A DNA stretch of 63,328 nt, filler included, from Atractiella rhizophila (GCA_021432655.1; 4 parts of 3 records of this genome joined end to end with filler, not necessarily neighbours in it), one strand, 5' to 3'. Shown: positions 1 to 13,836, counted from the first letter of the whole stretch. Translations and numbers: made by a program. The notes: a model not told the origin generated them from the letters alone.

Positions 1-733
1 CATAGCATAGATTTCGTGGTCGAAATGGGTATGATCTCGGTTGCATCAAGGACTTTGTCTGTGAATGAAGTTTGGTCCTCTTAATCTCTGCAGATTCCAG
101 TCTAAGCCTATCAAGGCCTTGCCCATCACCAAAAGAGAAAATTGGGCATCGAACACAATATGCTTTCTTCAACGATGACATGTATTAGTGATTGATTGTT
201 TTGGGTATTTATTGTGTATAAACCCCTTCACACTCTACGATCTTACCTCCTGCCTCCTGAATCCTGTCCTGCCCTTCCGTTCCCTACCTACTTCAGACCG
301 ATCGAGATCTCCTTCATGTCCACGCTCCTTCGACCATAATTGCATAGATCCCGCTGGTAATGTTTAGTTTCATGTCTATAATACACGACTACCAAAGAAG
401 AGAATATTACTTGTTCTGTGCGACCGTATCTGACGCTACCGCTCTTCTTCACCTCCAAGGAGGAACCTGACAGCACTTCATTTCGCACATTAAGTGGGTG
501 GGACTTGTTGAACGGTGTTGCAGATGCGATGAAAACTTGTAAACCACAACCTCTTGAGCTTTCGTTCCAACGATGAACAATGCACGAAAACCAACTTTGA
601 ATGAGTCTAAGACGGTCGTTCCATTAGAACTAAACAGATAAATAACGTGTCATCAATCATCCATGGTCTCCATCCCAATCCGTCAAGGTCATAAAAACAT
701 CCAACATTGGGTATACGTATGGGCCACTTGTCA

Positions 734-3213
734 TCAGGCCACCCTCTCGAGCGCACTCTTGGCCCAATGAAGCATCGAGTTCGTATTCGACTGGCTCGCG
801 CTCGCACTGGACAAAGGACGGATGGGAGAAGCGTTCTCGACGAGTACGAGGTCCGATTCGTCCTCTCCGTCGCTTTCAGCAGCAACCGCCTTCTTCAGAG
901 GCGACATAGGACGTTTGACTGGCGAGGCGCCAGAGATGGATTTAGAAATCGGCCGTCCTTTGGGTACCGTCGCTCTTTTCGAGGGGGAAGACGGTCTCGA
1001 GGTCGATGAGGGTGTGGGGAAAGATTTGGACGCGGTCGTCTTCTTCGTTGCGCTCGCGACGGAAAGGGAAGATGATGGGGTTGCGGGACGTGAACGATGG
1101 GGAGGGTTGGGAGAGGGAGCTCGAGAAACGATGGGTGAGGAAGAGGAGCGGGATACACGCTTCTTTGTTGGTTGAGCGCCTTGTTGACGCCCAACAGGTG
1201 TATTAGACCGCGAGATTGGGTCCTTTCCGTTCCCATTCGGTTTCAGGACCTTCCTGAGTGGTGCAGTTGTGTTGGAAGTGGAGGAGAGCAGGTCCATCTC
1301 ACCATCGCTCAAATCGTCCCTGAACAAAAGACTCCCTCTCCTCCTCATCGATGGTCGATCCTCCCCATCCCCATCTTCAGACGTCGAAGCAGCGGATGAG
1401 TTTCCGAAAGCGTGAGGAGCGACTGAATCAGGATCTGGGAAGTGAGATAGACGAGAAGAAGGTCTCGAGAGGGAGATGGCAGGTACAGGTCTTGCCAACG
1501 GTTGAGGGAGCATAGTAAGGTCCTCCGTCGAGTCTCCAGCGATGTCAAGATCAGGCAACCAAAGGCCTCCGACGCGTCTTTGAGCTTCTTGCTCCTCCAA
1601 CAAATCCGGACTAAGGACCTTAGTTCCCTGTCCCCCTCCCACCGTCCCTCCACCACCTTTCGATTCCACCGCCTCCCTCCCCCTCCTCAACATCGCCTCC
1701 ACGACGGCAACGATCGTCCTGAACTTTTCGTCCTCCTTCATTAGCTCCGTCAGGTTCGGTTCCTTCTCCCCCTTCTCCCCGCTCGAGTCTTCCTCGTCCC
1801 CATCGAACTCGGATGCGCTGCCTTCTGATGGAGGGAACGGAACTTGAGTCGGGTCCACCTCTCCGTCGCGCAGACGACGTCGTAGTTCGCGGATCTCGGA
1901 TTGTTGTTTGCGCTTGGAACGTTCGAGGGCGGCATTGATGGCCATCAAAGAAGTGTTTGAGATTTCGAGGTCCAGAATCTTTGCACCAAAGCCAACGAGG
2001 AGCTCGTTAGTTGCGGTAGGCAGGAGGAGGAATAGCGATGGTTTGTCAAGCGGAAGATGAGGAAGACGAACCTTCCTATTCCCTCTCTCCATCTCCACCT
2101 CCTCCAATCCTCTTCTCCTCCTACCTGCACCTGCACAAACTTTACAAATCTCCCAGTGTCCATCTTCCTCTCCTCCCTCCTCTTCTTCGCTCAACAACAT
2201 CCCACTGATGCTCTTCGACCTCGCCAATCCTCCATTATGTCCCGAAGCTCCTGCCGCATGACGCTCTGGAGAGACCGCTCTCCGTAGCCCATTCGATTTT
2301 GGAGAGCCAGAGGATGTAGCTTCCGAGTGAGAACGCGAATGCCGGATTGTTTGCTGTGGCGGTGGATGTGGATGGCGTAACGGTGGGGTGTCAACTGTTG
2401 GCATAGGAAGGGCGGGAGGCGCATAGGGGTAGTATTTGGATGTTGGTGGGGATCCGACGCGAGCGGTCATCGTTGAGGAAGTGATGGAGGCGGACGGGAG
2501 GAGAGGAGAGGACGAGATGGAGTAGTGAGCGTTCACTTTTGAAGATGCCATGGAGACCGACGATGTCGTGGACGCACCAGAGGTGGAACGGGCCGAGGAC
2601 AAGGCGCTCATTCCGCCCATTGGAGAAGCGGAGAGAGAATGAAAGCCTCCGCCAAAATCGTGCGCCAAGGGAGTTGCACGACCCGTGACAGGTGCCGACG
2701 AGCTCCTATCGTCCTCTGGCAGATCATAGAGAGCGGGATGTGGGAGAGACAGGTGATGCGCTCCAAAGTTGGAGCTGGGAGAACCTGGAGACTTAGGCTC
2801 TGAGGTCGTGTATGAAGAACCGGTGGATCTTGAAGAGACGAGCGAGCGGGAAGGCGAGGAAGAACGCACGTTGCTCCGACTCCCACTTCCGCTCCCGAGT
2901 GCACTCCCAACCGCTGACGACGAAGAAATGACATTACTGCTTCCAGACCCGGTGAAATTGGCGACCTTGGCCTTGACCGTTCCTAGCTTGGGCTTGGACG
3001 CAGACGGCGACAAATGGCTCCTGTCCGCGAGTGATAGCGCAGAGGTGCCCGCGGTCGGAGAGGAGAGGAAGGCGTTGGGGTCTACTTTGGCTTTGAGTGG
3101 ACGGGAGGCGGTGGTGCTGCTGGAGAAGGTGGCAGCGGCTGGGGAGGAAATGGAGGGCACGGAGGCACGCGAGATTTCTATTCTGCCGGTGACTTTGCGT
3201 CTGGGAGGGTCCA
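734..3213 (-). CDS. Ser/Pro-rich low-complexity protein with a central coiled coil (fungal hypothetical)
   Basis: 849-codon open frame; likely start MDPPRRKV near 3213. Coiled-coil block ERGNRK..ILDLEISNTSLMAINAALERSKRKQQSEIRELRRRLR. Probable in-frame intron near 1985-2066. Confidence 0.75.
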
Positions 3214-3893
3214 TGCTGTGTGTTATAGGGGACTGAGAGGTGTTATATGCCTGGTCTGCCCCTGATCGGTACCCCTGACACAATCGTCGTTAGTGCTCCC
3301 TTGTGTAGTTCGATATTAACAATGCCACAACACTTCAATCCCACTCGATCTACTGCACCAGTTCGATCACGATTGGGGTGCATTGACGCTGGCTGTTGTC
3401 TTCATGAAGGAACTCTTATAACGCATATTGGATTTACCTCTCATATGTGTAGTGGCCCTGCAGCCCAAAGGTGCGAAATTCCCACGAATAATGGCACCAT
3501 GCTCAACGCATAACATTTAACAAATTCAGAGCTGTTCTTCGACGTTCTCATTCCTCAAGCGTTACCAGTTCCGTATGACCTTTTTTGTTTGGTCGGACTC
3601 GTTAGTTACGCTGCACAGTCGCCGTTAAGGGTGGAAGAAGCAGGAAGTGTCGTGCACTTCCGGAAGGTCCTCATGCGAGTATGGGCTACTTTTCGAGTCA
3701 GGGAGCTCTAAAAAAGGCCTAGGTCTCATGGCAGTGGGGAAACAAGTCCTCGAGATCTTCCTCTCTCGCTTTCTTGCTTCAAGAGAACTCTTTTTTTGCG
3801 TGAAGGAAGGACCGCCAATTGTCGTGTCGCTCTTTGTAGCTTCTCTTGTATATCACTCTGGAGGCGACCTTTAAGTTGTTGTGAAAGACGTCA

Positions 3894-5758
3894 ATGTCTC
3901 CTTCACACGCAATCTCACAGCTCAGATCGTCTCCAACGCGTGAGAGTCCTGACTTGGAGAATGTTGAGGAGCTGCCCAAACATGCAAACGTAAAACGCGT
4001 CGAGCAGAGCAAAACGTCTCAAGATGGAGAAGAGGAAGACGATAAAGAGGAAAGTCCTCTAACAGATCCCATTTATGACCGCCTCTCCGTTCGAAGAAAG
4101 AGGCTCATCGTGTTTGTCGTGGGATACTGTGGAATGCTAGCTCGTCAGCTCACCTCCTCCTTCCCTTTGCGTTAATTAATCGAGCGAGATGCAGCATTCG
4201 CGTCCACTTCTTTCCTTCCTTCCATTCCACAAATGTCAAAAGACCTCAACGCGTCTCCAGAGGTCATAAATTACACCGTCGCCATTTTTCTCGTTACGAT
4301 TGCACTGGCTCCACTAGGATGGACAGCATGGGGACAACTCTGTCAGTCTTTCCTCCTCCAAAATATCTAGCGAGCTAAAAGCGATGTCGACAGACGGTCG
4401 CTTGCCAATCTACCTCTTCTCCCTCCCTCTCTGCGTTCTAGGATCGCTCGGTGTCGCATTATGCGATTCCATCGCCTCACTGATCATAACCCGCATCATT
4501 CAAGGCGTCGGTTCCTCGTCCATCCATTCCATCGGCCTCGGCACCATAGGAGATATCTATCGACCTACAGAGCGCGGACGCGCTGTAGGTCTCTTCTATA
4601 TGGGTGCCCTCCTCGGACCCGCTCTCGCTCCTGTCATTGCTGGAGTCTTGACGGTGCAGGATGGAGGGTGGAGGAATGTACAATGGTTTATTTGTGGCGC
4701 TACCGCTCTAGGTGTGATCTTGGTCGCAGTGTGTATACCTGAGACTGCACATTGGAAGGTGAAGAGAAAGATAGCGAGGGAGACGGAGGAGGAGAAAGGT
4801 GCAAGAAAGGTCGCGAAGGGAGGGTGGTGGTATGCTTTTTGGGAGGTCGAAACGAGCGATGGGAGGAGGGGGTTCGTATGGACGAATCCTTTTCGACCTC
4901 TACGTTTGCTTCGCTATCCCAACATCCTCTTCATCGTTCGTGTTTCTCCTTCCACTATTTTTTTCCGAAAATTAATAGAGGCAAACACAGAGCCTGAATT
5001 CCTCAGTAATTTTCTTCGCAAACTACACCATCCTCGTTCCTCTCACATACACCGTCGGCCCACGTTTCTCCATCACCAGTCCTGCCATTCTCGGTCTCTT
5101 CTACCTCTGCTCCGGCCTGGGAAGCATAATAGGATCCCGACTGTCAGGGATCCAATCAGATTGGGTGATTAAGCGCTCCATCCACAAACGAGGAGGCAAG
5201 TTCGTGCCCGAAGACAGGCTCTATTCGACCCTACCTGGAGGAGCATTGCTTTTTCCTGGAAGTGTACTCGCCTATGGATTCGTTGTACAGACTGGAGCGG
5301 GAGGCATCCCCGCTACCGTCGTCCTCCTGATCCTGTCAGGAATCGGATCGATGCTCTCGCTCTCTGCTTGCATCACATACTGTGTCGACGTTCGTCTTCT
5401 CTCCCTCGTCTCTGTCCCTCTCCATACAAACTTTATGAAAGACTTACGCATTCTTTCGTGCGGGTTCTCACAGGTTTCTCAACAAAACAGCGCTGAGGTC
5501 ATAGCACTGAACAACGGCATTCGATACCTCTTCTCAGCCGTGGCCAGCGCGGCTATTCTCCCTCTCGTCAAAGCTGTAGGCGTAGGCCCGGCGAACGCAA
5601 TGTCTGCTGGAATGGGATGGATCGGATGTGGCCTTGTTGTACTTGTATTGAGATATGGAAGGAAGATGAGGAACTGGATTGATGGGAAGAAAGAAGGAAT
5701 GGAACAAGAGACGATGCAACAAATTTCGGAGGGGCATGTTGAAGATTCCAAGGCTTAA
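3894..5758 (+). CDS. MFS drug:H+ antiporter (DHA1, QDR/DTR-like), multi-exon
   Basis: Motifs GRLPIYLFSL, IGDIYRPTERG, GPALAPVIAG, GWR, PET and PEDRL; several GT-AG introns; many hydrophobic segments. Confidence 0.9.
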
Positions 5759-6410
5759 CGATACGATTAGGTCTGCTTTTGCAGGCTATGAGTTTCCTGC
5801 CATCCGACAAAATCTTCGTCTGAGAACGACGGAGAACGGAGAACATCTCACCACTCATTCAACCCTGCGTAAACTCCAGCATCGTGTCAAAATAACTACT
5901 ACAACTTCTGTGCCTTCAGCTCGAGAGCTCGTTTCCTTTCCAAGTCGCCATGGTTTGCCCTCCTTAACGTAGTGTCACGCATGTTTATAACTCAGGTAGA
6001 AGTCAAGTTGGCTCTTTGTTAATCTCTGAATGTTATTGCATTAGGACAAACGGTACTGGTAAAAATCAGGTGAGCTGACCAACATATCGAGTTTTGTTGG
6101 AGCTTAGAAATTGATGATAAGTTGCTGCTTAGGCACTGTCACTTCTAGTAACGATCACATTGGCTAAGCTAAGAATTAGAAGCGTCTGTTAACACTGGTT
6201 AACATGTTTTAACCACTCCCACAATCCTTCTTCCCACTCCACTATTTAGGGATTAGTATTGAGGCACCAACCTTCTTGTCCAATAGAAAGCACCTTATTT
6301 GCCACCCAGCTAGTGAGCCGAAGTTATTGAACCACAACACCACGAGAGTCGTTGTTCTCTGCGTCTTTTCTCCAGCACCTACCAGTCGACTAAGCTTCCA
6401 TAATATCAAA

Positions 6411-7004
6411 ATGGCGATGGCTGCAAAACCTCAAGTTCGCACGGTTCCTCCAACTTTCCTCACAACTGACAGTAAGTGCAGGTGAAACTCCCACCAGATG
6501 TAAACCGCATATTATTCGTCAAAAACCTGAATTACAAGATCCGTGGAGAGGTTCGTTTGCTCTGTCGAAATGGAGGGCAGCGCCAATTCACTTTGGGGCT
6601 AGGACTTGTATGACCTCTTTGGGAAGTATGGAGCCATAAGGCAGATACGGTTGGGCAACGAGGCGAAGACGAGAGGCACTGCTTTTGTGGTTTACGAAGA
6701 TGTGATGGATGTACGCTCTTTCTTCCTGGTCATGTTGGGAGAGTTCTGTGTTGAGGTGGTCTGCCTGAAGGCAAAGAACGCGTTCGACCACTTAAATGGT
6801 TTCCATCTACAAGAGCGCTATCTCGTGGGTGCGTTACCTTCCTTGCTTCCCTTAGTGCATCACTCGCTAATCGATGGTCCGTCGACAGTGCTTTATCACC
6901 AACCCGCCAAACAGGCACTCAAAGTGGCGAATGCTGCTGAGCTTGCGAAGCGGGAAGAGGACTTAAAGGCTCTTAAAAAGAAGCATAATATAGGCGATGA
7001 TTGA
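6411..7004 (+). CDS. SF3B6: Spliceosomal branch-site protein p14 (SF3B6/SF3B14), copy 1, 5 exons
   Basis: Spliced product [94 protein letters not shown]..., the characteristic p14 RRM. Confidence 0.95.
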
Positions 7005-7388
7005 GGGTTGTAAATTTTGTTATTATTTCCCGTTGTGCAGTGTTGTAACACTATTTCATCTCCTACCACCGTGACACATCAAGCATTTTGGGAGTACTTG
7101 ACTTTCCTCGCTGCGCGACGCTCCTAGATAGTGTTCCTCAGTTGCGTAACATCTATGCATTCCATTCTCCATGAGACGGTATAGAAACGGATAAACAATC
7201 GCAATCGATCCAAGAAATCGAAGCCAAAAGTGCCGGTGGAAAAGAACGACAATAAAGTAACTGATCAATGTGAGTGACTCCCGAAATAAAACGAAATGAG
7301 ACTGAGAAGGAGACCGGTATACATCCTATCTGATCCTGGTTTTAGTTTGGATCTACTTCCAACAACATGCAGCTTGAAATTCACACAG

Positions 7389-7673
7389 GTTTCTCAACAA
7401 AACAGCGCTGAGGTCATAGCACTCAACAATGGCATGCGATACCTCTTCTCAGCCGTGGCCAGCGCGGCTATTCTCCCTCTCGTCAAAGCTGTGGGCGTAG
7501 GTCCGGCGAACGCAATGTCTGCCGGAATGGGATGGATTGGATGTGGCCTCGTTGTACTTGTATTGAGATATGGAAGGAGGATGAGGAATTGGATTGATGG
7601 GAAGAAGGAAGGAATGGAACAAGAGACGATGCAACAAATTTCGGAGGGGCATGTTGAAGATTCCAATGCTTAA
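7389..7673 (+). pseudogene. Orphan duplicate of the terminal MFS exon
   Basis: VSQQNSAEVIALNNGMRYLFS...EDSNA*, near-identical to 5474-5758 but with no upstream exons. Confidence 0.8.
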
Positions 7674-8363
7674 CGATACGATTAGGTCTGCTTTTGCAGG
7701 TTATGAGTTTCCTGCCATCCGACAAAATCTTCGTCTGAGAACTACGGAGAACATCTCACCACTCAGTCAATCCTGTGTAAACTCCAGCGTCGCATCAAAA
7801 TAACTACTACTACTTCTGTGCCTTCAGCTCGAGAGTTCACGTGCACCTTGATGCCATTATCTTCTATTGTGTCCTTTCCAAGTCGCCATAGTTTGTCTTC
7901 TTTAATACAATGTCACGCATGTTTGTAACTCAGGTAGGAGTCAAGTTGGCTCCTTGTTAATCTCTGAATGTTATTGCATTAAGACACACGGTACTGGTAA
8001 AAATCAGGCAAGCTGACCAACATATCGAGTTTGGTTGGAACGTTGGAACTTAGAAATTGATGATAAGTTGCCGCTTAGACACTGTCACTTTTAGTGACGA
8101 TCAGGTTGGCCAAGTTAAGAATCAGAAGCGTCTGTAACACTGGTAAACATGTTTTAACCACTCCCACAATCCTTCTTCCCACTCCACTATTTAGGGATTC
8201 GTATTGAAGTACCAACCTTCTTGCCCAATAGAAGCACCTTATTTGCCCCCAAGTGAGCCAAAGTTATTGAACCACAACACCACCAGTAACACCACGAGAG
8301 TCGTTGTTCTCTGTGTCTTTTTCTCCAGCGCCTACCAGTCGACTAAGCTTCTATAATATCAAA

Positions 8364-8959
8364 ATGGCGATGGCTGCAAAACCTCAAGTTCGCACGGTTC
8401 CTCCAACTTCCTTTACAACTGACAGTAAGAGCAGGTGAAACTCCCACCGGATGTAAACCGCATATTATTCGTCAAGAACCTGAATTATAAGATCCGTGGA
8501 GAGGTTCGTTTGCTCTGTCGAAATGGAGGGCAGCGCCAATTCACTTTGGGGCTAGGACTTATATGACCTCTTTGGGAAGTATGGAGCCATAAGGCAGATA
8601 CGGCTGGGCAACGAGGCGAAGACGAGAGGCACTGCTTTTGTGGTTTACGAAGATGTGATGGATGTACGCTCTTTCTTTCTAGTCATGTTCGGAGAGTTCT
8701 GTGTTGATGTTATCTACCTGAAGGCAAAGAACGCGTTCGACCACTTAAATGGTTTCCATCTGCAAGAGCGCTATCTCGTGGGTGCGTTACCTGTGGTGCT
8801 TCCCTCAAAGTGCATTACTTGCTAATTGATGGTCCGTCGACAGTACTTTATCACCAACCTGCCAAACAGGCGCTCAAAGTGGCGAATGCTGCTGAGCTTG
8901 CGAAGCGGGAAGAGGACTTAAAGGCTCTTAAAAAGAAGCATAATATAGGTGATGATTGA
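8364..8959 (+). CDS. SF3B6: SF3B6/SF3B14 p14, copy 2, intact
   Basis: Same exon structure and protein as copy 1; the coding differences I found are synonymous. Confidence 0.93.
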
Positions 8960-9601
8960 GCCTTGTAAACTTTGTTATTATTTTCGCTGTGCAATGTTGT
9001 AACACTATTTCATCTCCTACCACTGTGACGCGTCCATTTGTGTAAGCATTTTGAGAGTACTCGACATTCCTCACTGCGTGACCATTCTAGATATAGTATT
9101 CCTCAGTTGCGTAACATCTATGCATTCCATTCTCGATGAGACGGTATAGAAACGGATAAACAATCGCAATCGATCCAAGAAATCGAAGCCAAAAGTGCCA
9201 GTGGAAAAGAACGACAATAAAGTAACTGATCAATGTGAGTGACTCCCGAAATAAAAACGAAATGAGACTGAGAAGGAGACCGGTATACATCCTATCTGAT
9301 CCTGGTTTTAGTTTGGATCTACTTCCAACAACATGCAACTTGAACTGTTCACAGAGGAGGGGTATTAACATATCCGAATCGGCCCAAGAATCGCATCGCA
9401 TCGCTGAGTGAATTTGAGACGGGTATCGGCTTGCATTAATTTGACTGATAATAATCATGATGCTGATGCTTGTTGCTGGTTCGCAAACTATTCGACCGCT
9501 CAGACTTTAGCTCGTCCTCGGTGCTGTAATAGTCCACGACGTCCCACATTTGCCTTGTAAACAGGTCAAAGTCCATTCCTCAAGTGCATGAATGAACCAA
9601 C

Positions 9602-11556
9602 TCACCCATCCGATGTCTTGATAGGCACAACACTGGGGCCTGGCATATAAACGCCGCCACCAGGGTAGTCGAAATCAGCACGAGCATCCGACCGTGTAGG
9701 ATAATGATCATGGATCTGCGAATGGATAGCGGACATGTGCACCGTTCCAGACCGTGGACGTGTTGCCTCCTCCGCTGAAGGTCCGGAACGAGAGGAGATC
9801 TTGTGGTTCGTGGTTTGGTCGAAAGCCCGAATCATTGTCAGAATCTACACAGCCGTGAGTTTAGCAGATTCGCAAAGGTATATCTCGTAAAGACTCACAT
9901 TTGCTGCTAACCCAAGACCACCATAAACGTATAGCGAGCCGAGTTGTTCGATCTGCAGCGGTATTGAGTCTCGCACGACTGATCTCGTGTCTACCGCAAT
10001 CCAAACTATGTCAAGGTCACGACTGTCAGTAAGTTCTTATTCGGGCGCAGACACAAAAATTCGACGCACGAGCGATGCCTGCATATGAAAGCGAACACAG
10101 AAGGATGGCTATGCATGAGACAATCAAGTTGTTGTAAGCTGTAGTTAATGAGTCGTGGAGTCGCTGATCTTCTTTCGTCAATTTCGGTTTCCCCGGCCCA
10201 TTCAGTGCTTGAGGATCTATCAAATCATTTTGAGAAAACTGCCGAAGCCTCGAGAGCATGAGTCGCACCTCCATAGCTGAAGAAACTCGATTTTCCCACT
10301 TTTGTTCTCGATTTGAGAATCTTAATTTGCGCTCTCAACGTCCGGACGTAAAGAACCGCGATGGGAAGGTAGATCTAAGATCTCGCCTCAGAGCGAGGTT
10401 ATGGAAGAAGGATGGAGACGTACGATAAGCATCGATATCGCAGCAGCTGCCCAGAGAATATACCCGATTCGAAATAGTTTCAAGAAGTCCTCGATATTTC
10501 GGAGGAAAGGGCCAATGAGAGGAAAGATATCTTCGAACTGCGAAACGTTGGCCAGGTTGCCGTCATACTTAGGAGCAGCGACAGCGAGGACCTTCAATAA
10601 GTTTTCATATTGTCGAAAGGCAGTGTTGAACTTCTCATTGGCCAGAACGAAGACCGTTACTATCGATGCAGGCCAGAGGAAGGTGGGAAAGAGCCAAAAG
10701 ATATTGATGTAGATTGGCGCGATTGGTGGAACGAAAGAACTGCCATCTCGCTTATACCTCCGAGAAGACATCAGTGTCGTTATGAGGGTCCCCCAGGTTT
10801 CGAGAACCAGAGTGAGGAATAGCGGGATCCAGACTATCGACTTCCAAAGAACTTCATCCAACAATCAGCTACATGCCTGTATAAAAATATGATGCAACAA
10901 ACCAAAGTTGATTTGAGACGCATGATCCCGGTTCACCCTAACTGTGACCCAAATGTTCCTAGAAGGAACATGAGCAAATAGGTCTGAGGCCCGAAGACCA
11001 TCTAACATACCCCTGGGCGACTATGCACAGACATTAGCACTTCCCTGACCAAAGCTAAAACGCAACGTACCTATGAGAAAGAACCCAGTTAAGAGGGAAA
11101 ATGAGTTCGATGTTTGGGGACACCAAAAGTTGCCTTTTGATGTTGGAATAAGTCGGAAGAGCGACATTGAAGCTGCAGAAAATAGTAAGGCTTCGAGAAC
11201 ACTTGGCAAGGCGAAATACACGCACCATCGCGTCGAAATCGTAAAATCATCGTAATGACCGCACATAACAAAGCGAAGGCAAATACCCCTGAACTCGTGC
11301 CATCAGCGTCGTTCCCACCCATCCCTCATCACACCCACCCGATAAAATGTACAACTGAATAACGAAACTCTCTGGGAGTTCAGGATTCAGCTCAGCTTTC
11401 AAAACTGGAAGTAACCATGAGCGACGAATTATTGATGAGAAGAAGGTGCCTACTGGTAGCTGTGACGACAAAAGGATTTTGACCCGGTTTCAGTATCTTG
11501 TAGAGGTCGAGAAGGTACTGTTGGGTCGAAGGATCCAAGTTCGCGATGTCTGCCAT
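9602..11556 (-). CDS. Multi-exon, multi-pass membrane protein of unknown family
   Basis: Start MADIANLDPSTQQYLL. Hydrophobic exons at 11021-11266, 10388-10864 and 10026-10274 and a polar C-tail at 9602-9835, joined by short GT-AG introns. Confidence 0.7.
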
Positions 11557-13186
11557 CTTGCGAAGCGAAACGACCAAAAGGCGCGAAAGAAAGAAAAATG
11601 AGGAGAGGGAACAAAAGTTGAATGTTGTGTTCCGTGGTATTTGGAGGCAAGCTGACGGAAGCGCGGATCCTGCTTTATGAAGTCGCTCGGAATTGTCGCC
11701 TTGCTGAGCCTCGATGTAAAGTGCAAGGTTGAGGATCTCACGTGTGCACGAGGGGACCAATCGCGACTCCTGCCGATCTTAGCGACCAGTCCTGTGGCTT
11801 TACAAACCTCTCCAACTGCGATAAAGCGAATTGAGAAAAGATAAAGCTGTGGCGGAGCAGGTGAGGCGTGAGCCGAATCGCGCTTTGCTCCCCTCTGTCC
11901 TTTTATGACGACGCGTTGCCTTTGAAAAATTGGTTATGGCCGTCCCGGAAATAAGGCTTTGCTCTCAAATTCATTTATTTGCGCAAACACAAGGCATGGC
12001 CAAAAATGAAGGCTGCGGAATGAGTGCCAACGCTCTCAATCTTGTCTGTCATCGATGGCGAATTTGAAGGATCTGCCAAGTTCTTCCGTGGAGTGAATTG
12101 GTGGCAAGGGAGCCTGAAAGGGTTCGTGGGATGACAGGTGGACAGGCTTTGGAGAAATGGCCAGAAAAGCCGGAAACTGTTGGAGCAATTCTGCTCTGTG
12201 GAGCTCCCGATGAAAGGCAGCAAATCTCAGCGAACTTTGCGTCCAGAAAGCTGGAGAAGTGTACACTCCCGCCATCACGAGGATGTCGCGAGGTAGTAAC
12301 CGCCTTCCCGATTGTACAGAGTCTCATTTGAGGGCATTAAACTTGTCAAAGAATGTCCTGAACACCGAAATAAAGAATCCTGCAAAGTGGAGGACCTCAT
12401 GCAGGGCTCGGATATTGTTCTGTGAGCTCTGGAAGAGTGAAACATTAGGCAACGTTTCCCTTATCTTGTGCGTTCGCGGGAATCCCGTGAGCAGGGAACT
12501 CCTTGCCACAAACGAAACAACGGAATACATATGTGCGTAAATTCCCGCTCCAACTGAAGCAGAGCAGGCAAAGCGGAAGTAGCCAGAGGATGAAAATGTC
12601 AGCCCTTAATTGCTCAAAGCCAGGCATGAGAAAAACTGAAGACGAAGAAAAGACGTGAAGCAATGGGGGGACGGCGCATAACTTTGGAATAACCGGCCGT
12701 GATGAACCGGGATCTCTAAGATGAATCTTGATGAGTCCCCCGCTTGTGTCCTTCCTGCTCTTCATTGACAATGCCGGTGGGGAAACTGTAACGAAAAGTA
12801 TCCGAAGAGCGAGGTTGACAACAAAAGTGTGAAATCAAAAATCGCAGTCACCAAAAAAAGGGCGCCCCCAGAAGTTGAGACGAGGCTCGGTAATAATTAC
12901 CGACACAAATTACAAAGACTCTTGGTCTCTTCCTGTTGGGAGGAAGCATCATGAGAAGCTAATCGAAAGATTACAGAGTTTCGGAATGGCCATCGGTACG
13001 CACGGTTTTGCCCCAAAAGCAAAAGTCTCCTAGCTGCATGGCAACTCTGCATCAAGCGATAACTGTTAATCCCTGCGAATTATGTCGTGTTCAAGAGAAG
13101 AATTGAGACTAATTAGTCCCGTTGCGCAGCATAACCTTTTGACCACAGATCCGAGCGGAGTGTAGTCGAAACCACAAAAAGAAACC

Positions 13187-13736
13187 ATGAACGCCTTGAA
13201 GCCACGTCCCCTCTCTAATTTCCTCCGGTTTGCTCGTTCCTATGCTACGGCAGCATCAGAGGCGCCAAAGGCGGTTGATTTTGCTCGATGGAACCCAAAT
13301 TCTCAGCGGACTGGACTTTTGGTAAAGAAGCTGGGAATGACCGCCGTCTGGGATGCTGCTGGGAATAAGATACCCGTAACGGTGTTGCATGTGAGTTTTT
13401 CTTAGCTTATTGGGTGCCAGAGAGGGAGGTGAGATTGTTCGGACGTTTTTCTACGTTTTCTTGTATCCTACCATTCACTTTCGGGATAGTAGCATCTGTA
13501 TGTTGAATTCCTAAGTCACAGGGAAGCCAGTTTGAATATTACCTCAGTATCTATTTATTATGCCAGGGATTTGTTTGAGTATTGAGAAATTACTGGCCCT
13601 CTTGACCAGGTTGAAGGATCGCGCTCACAAATTTCTATGCGTGCCAGGTGGAACCCAATGTCGTCCTCTCCACCATCTCCAAATCTGGTCCCTCTCCATC
13701 CGCCACGCTCGTGCGGCGGTCACCACATCTCGCACG
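13187..13736 (+). CDS. MRPL9: Mitochondrial ribosomal protein uL3m, 5' part, truncated at contig linker
   Basis: Presequence-like N-terminus, then [28 protein letters not shown], intron 13391-13647, then VEPNVVL (L3 family). Confidence 0.85.
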
Positions 13737-13836
13737 NNNNNNNNNNNNNNNNNNNNNNNNNNNNNNNNNNNNNNNNNNNNTTAATTAATTAANNNNNNNN
13801 NNNNNNNNNNNNNNNNNNNNNNNNNNNNNNNNNNNN
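13737..13836. other. Artificial contig linker (N run + TTAATTAATTAA + N run)
   Basis: Stop-in-all-frames 12-mer at 13781-13792 inside Ns; genes on both sides are cut off. Confidence 0.95.

Larger units (their letters stand above)
5469..9344. repeat. Diverged direct tandem duplication of about 1.9 kb (copy 1 ~5469-7378, copy 2 ~7384-9344)
   Basis: The last MFS exon, the intergenic DNA, the whole SF3B14 gene and its downstream DNA occur twice with scattered substitutions and small indels. Confidence 0.95.

Noticed and set aside
11975..12771. Short ORFs, one with FRCFVCGKEF
   Set aside because: Only half a zinc-finger motif and no coherent splice model.
13610..13736. Possible mirror block before the first linker
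   Set aside because: The forward reading gives a proper acceptor and L3-like VEPNVVL; reversal gives nothing recognisable.
13781..13792. TTAATTAATTAA palindrome (also at 37827 and 53181) as a biological site
   Set aside because: Identical 12-mer centred in identical N pads; an artificial contig spacer. Adjacency across it is not evidence.
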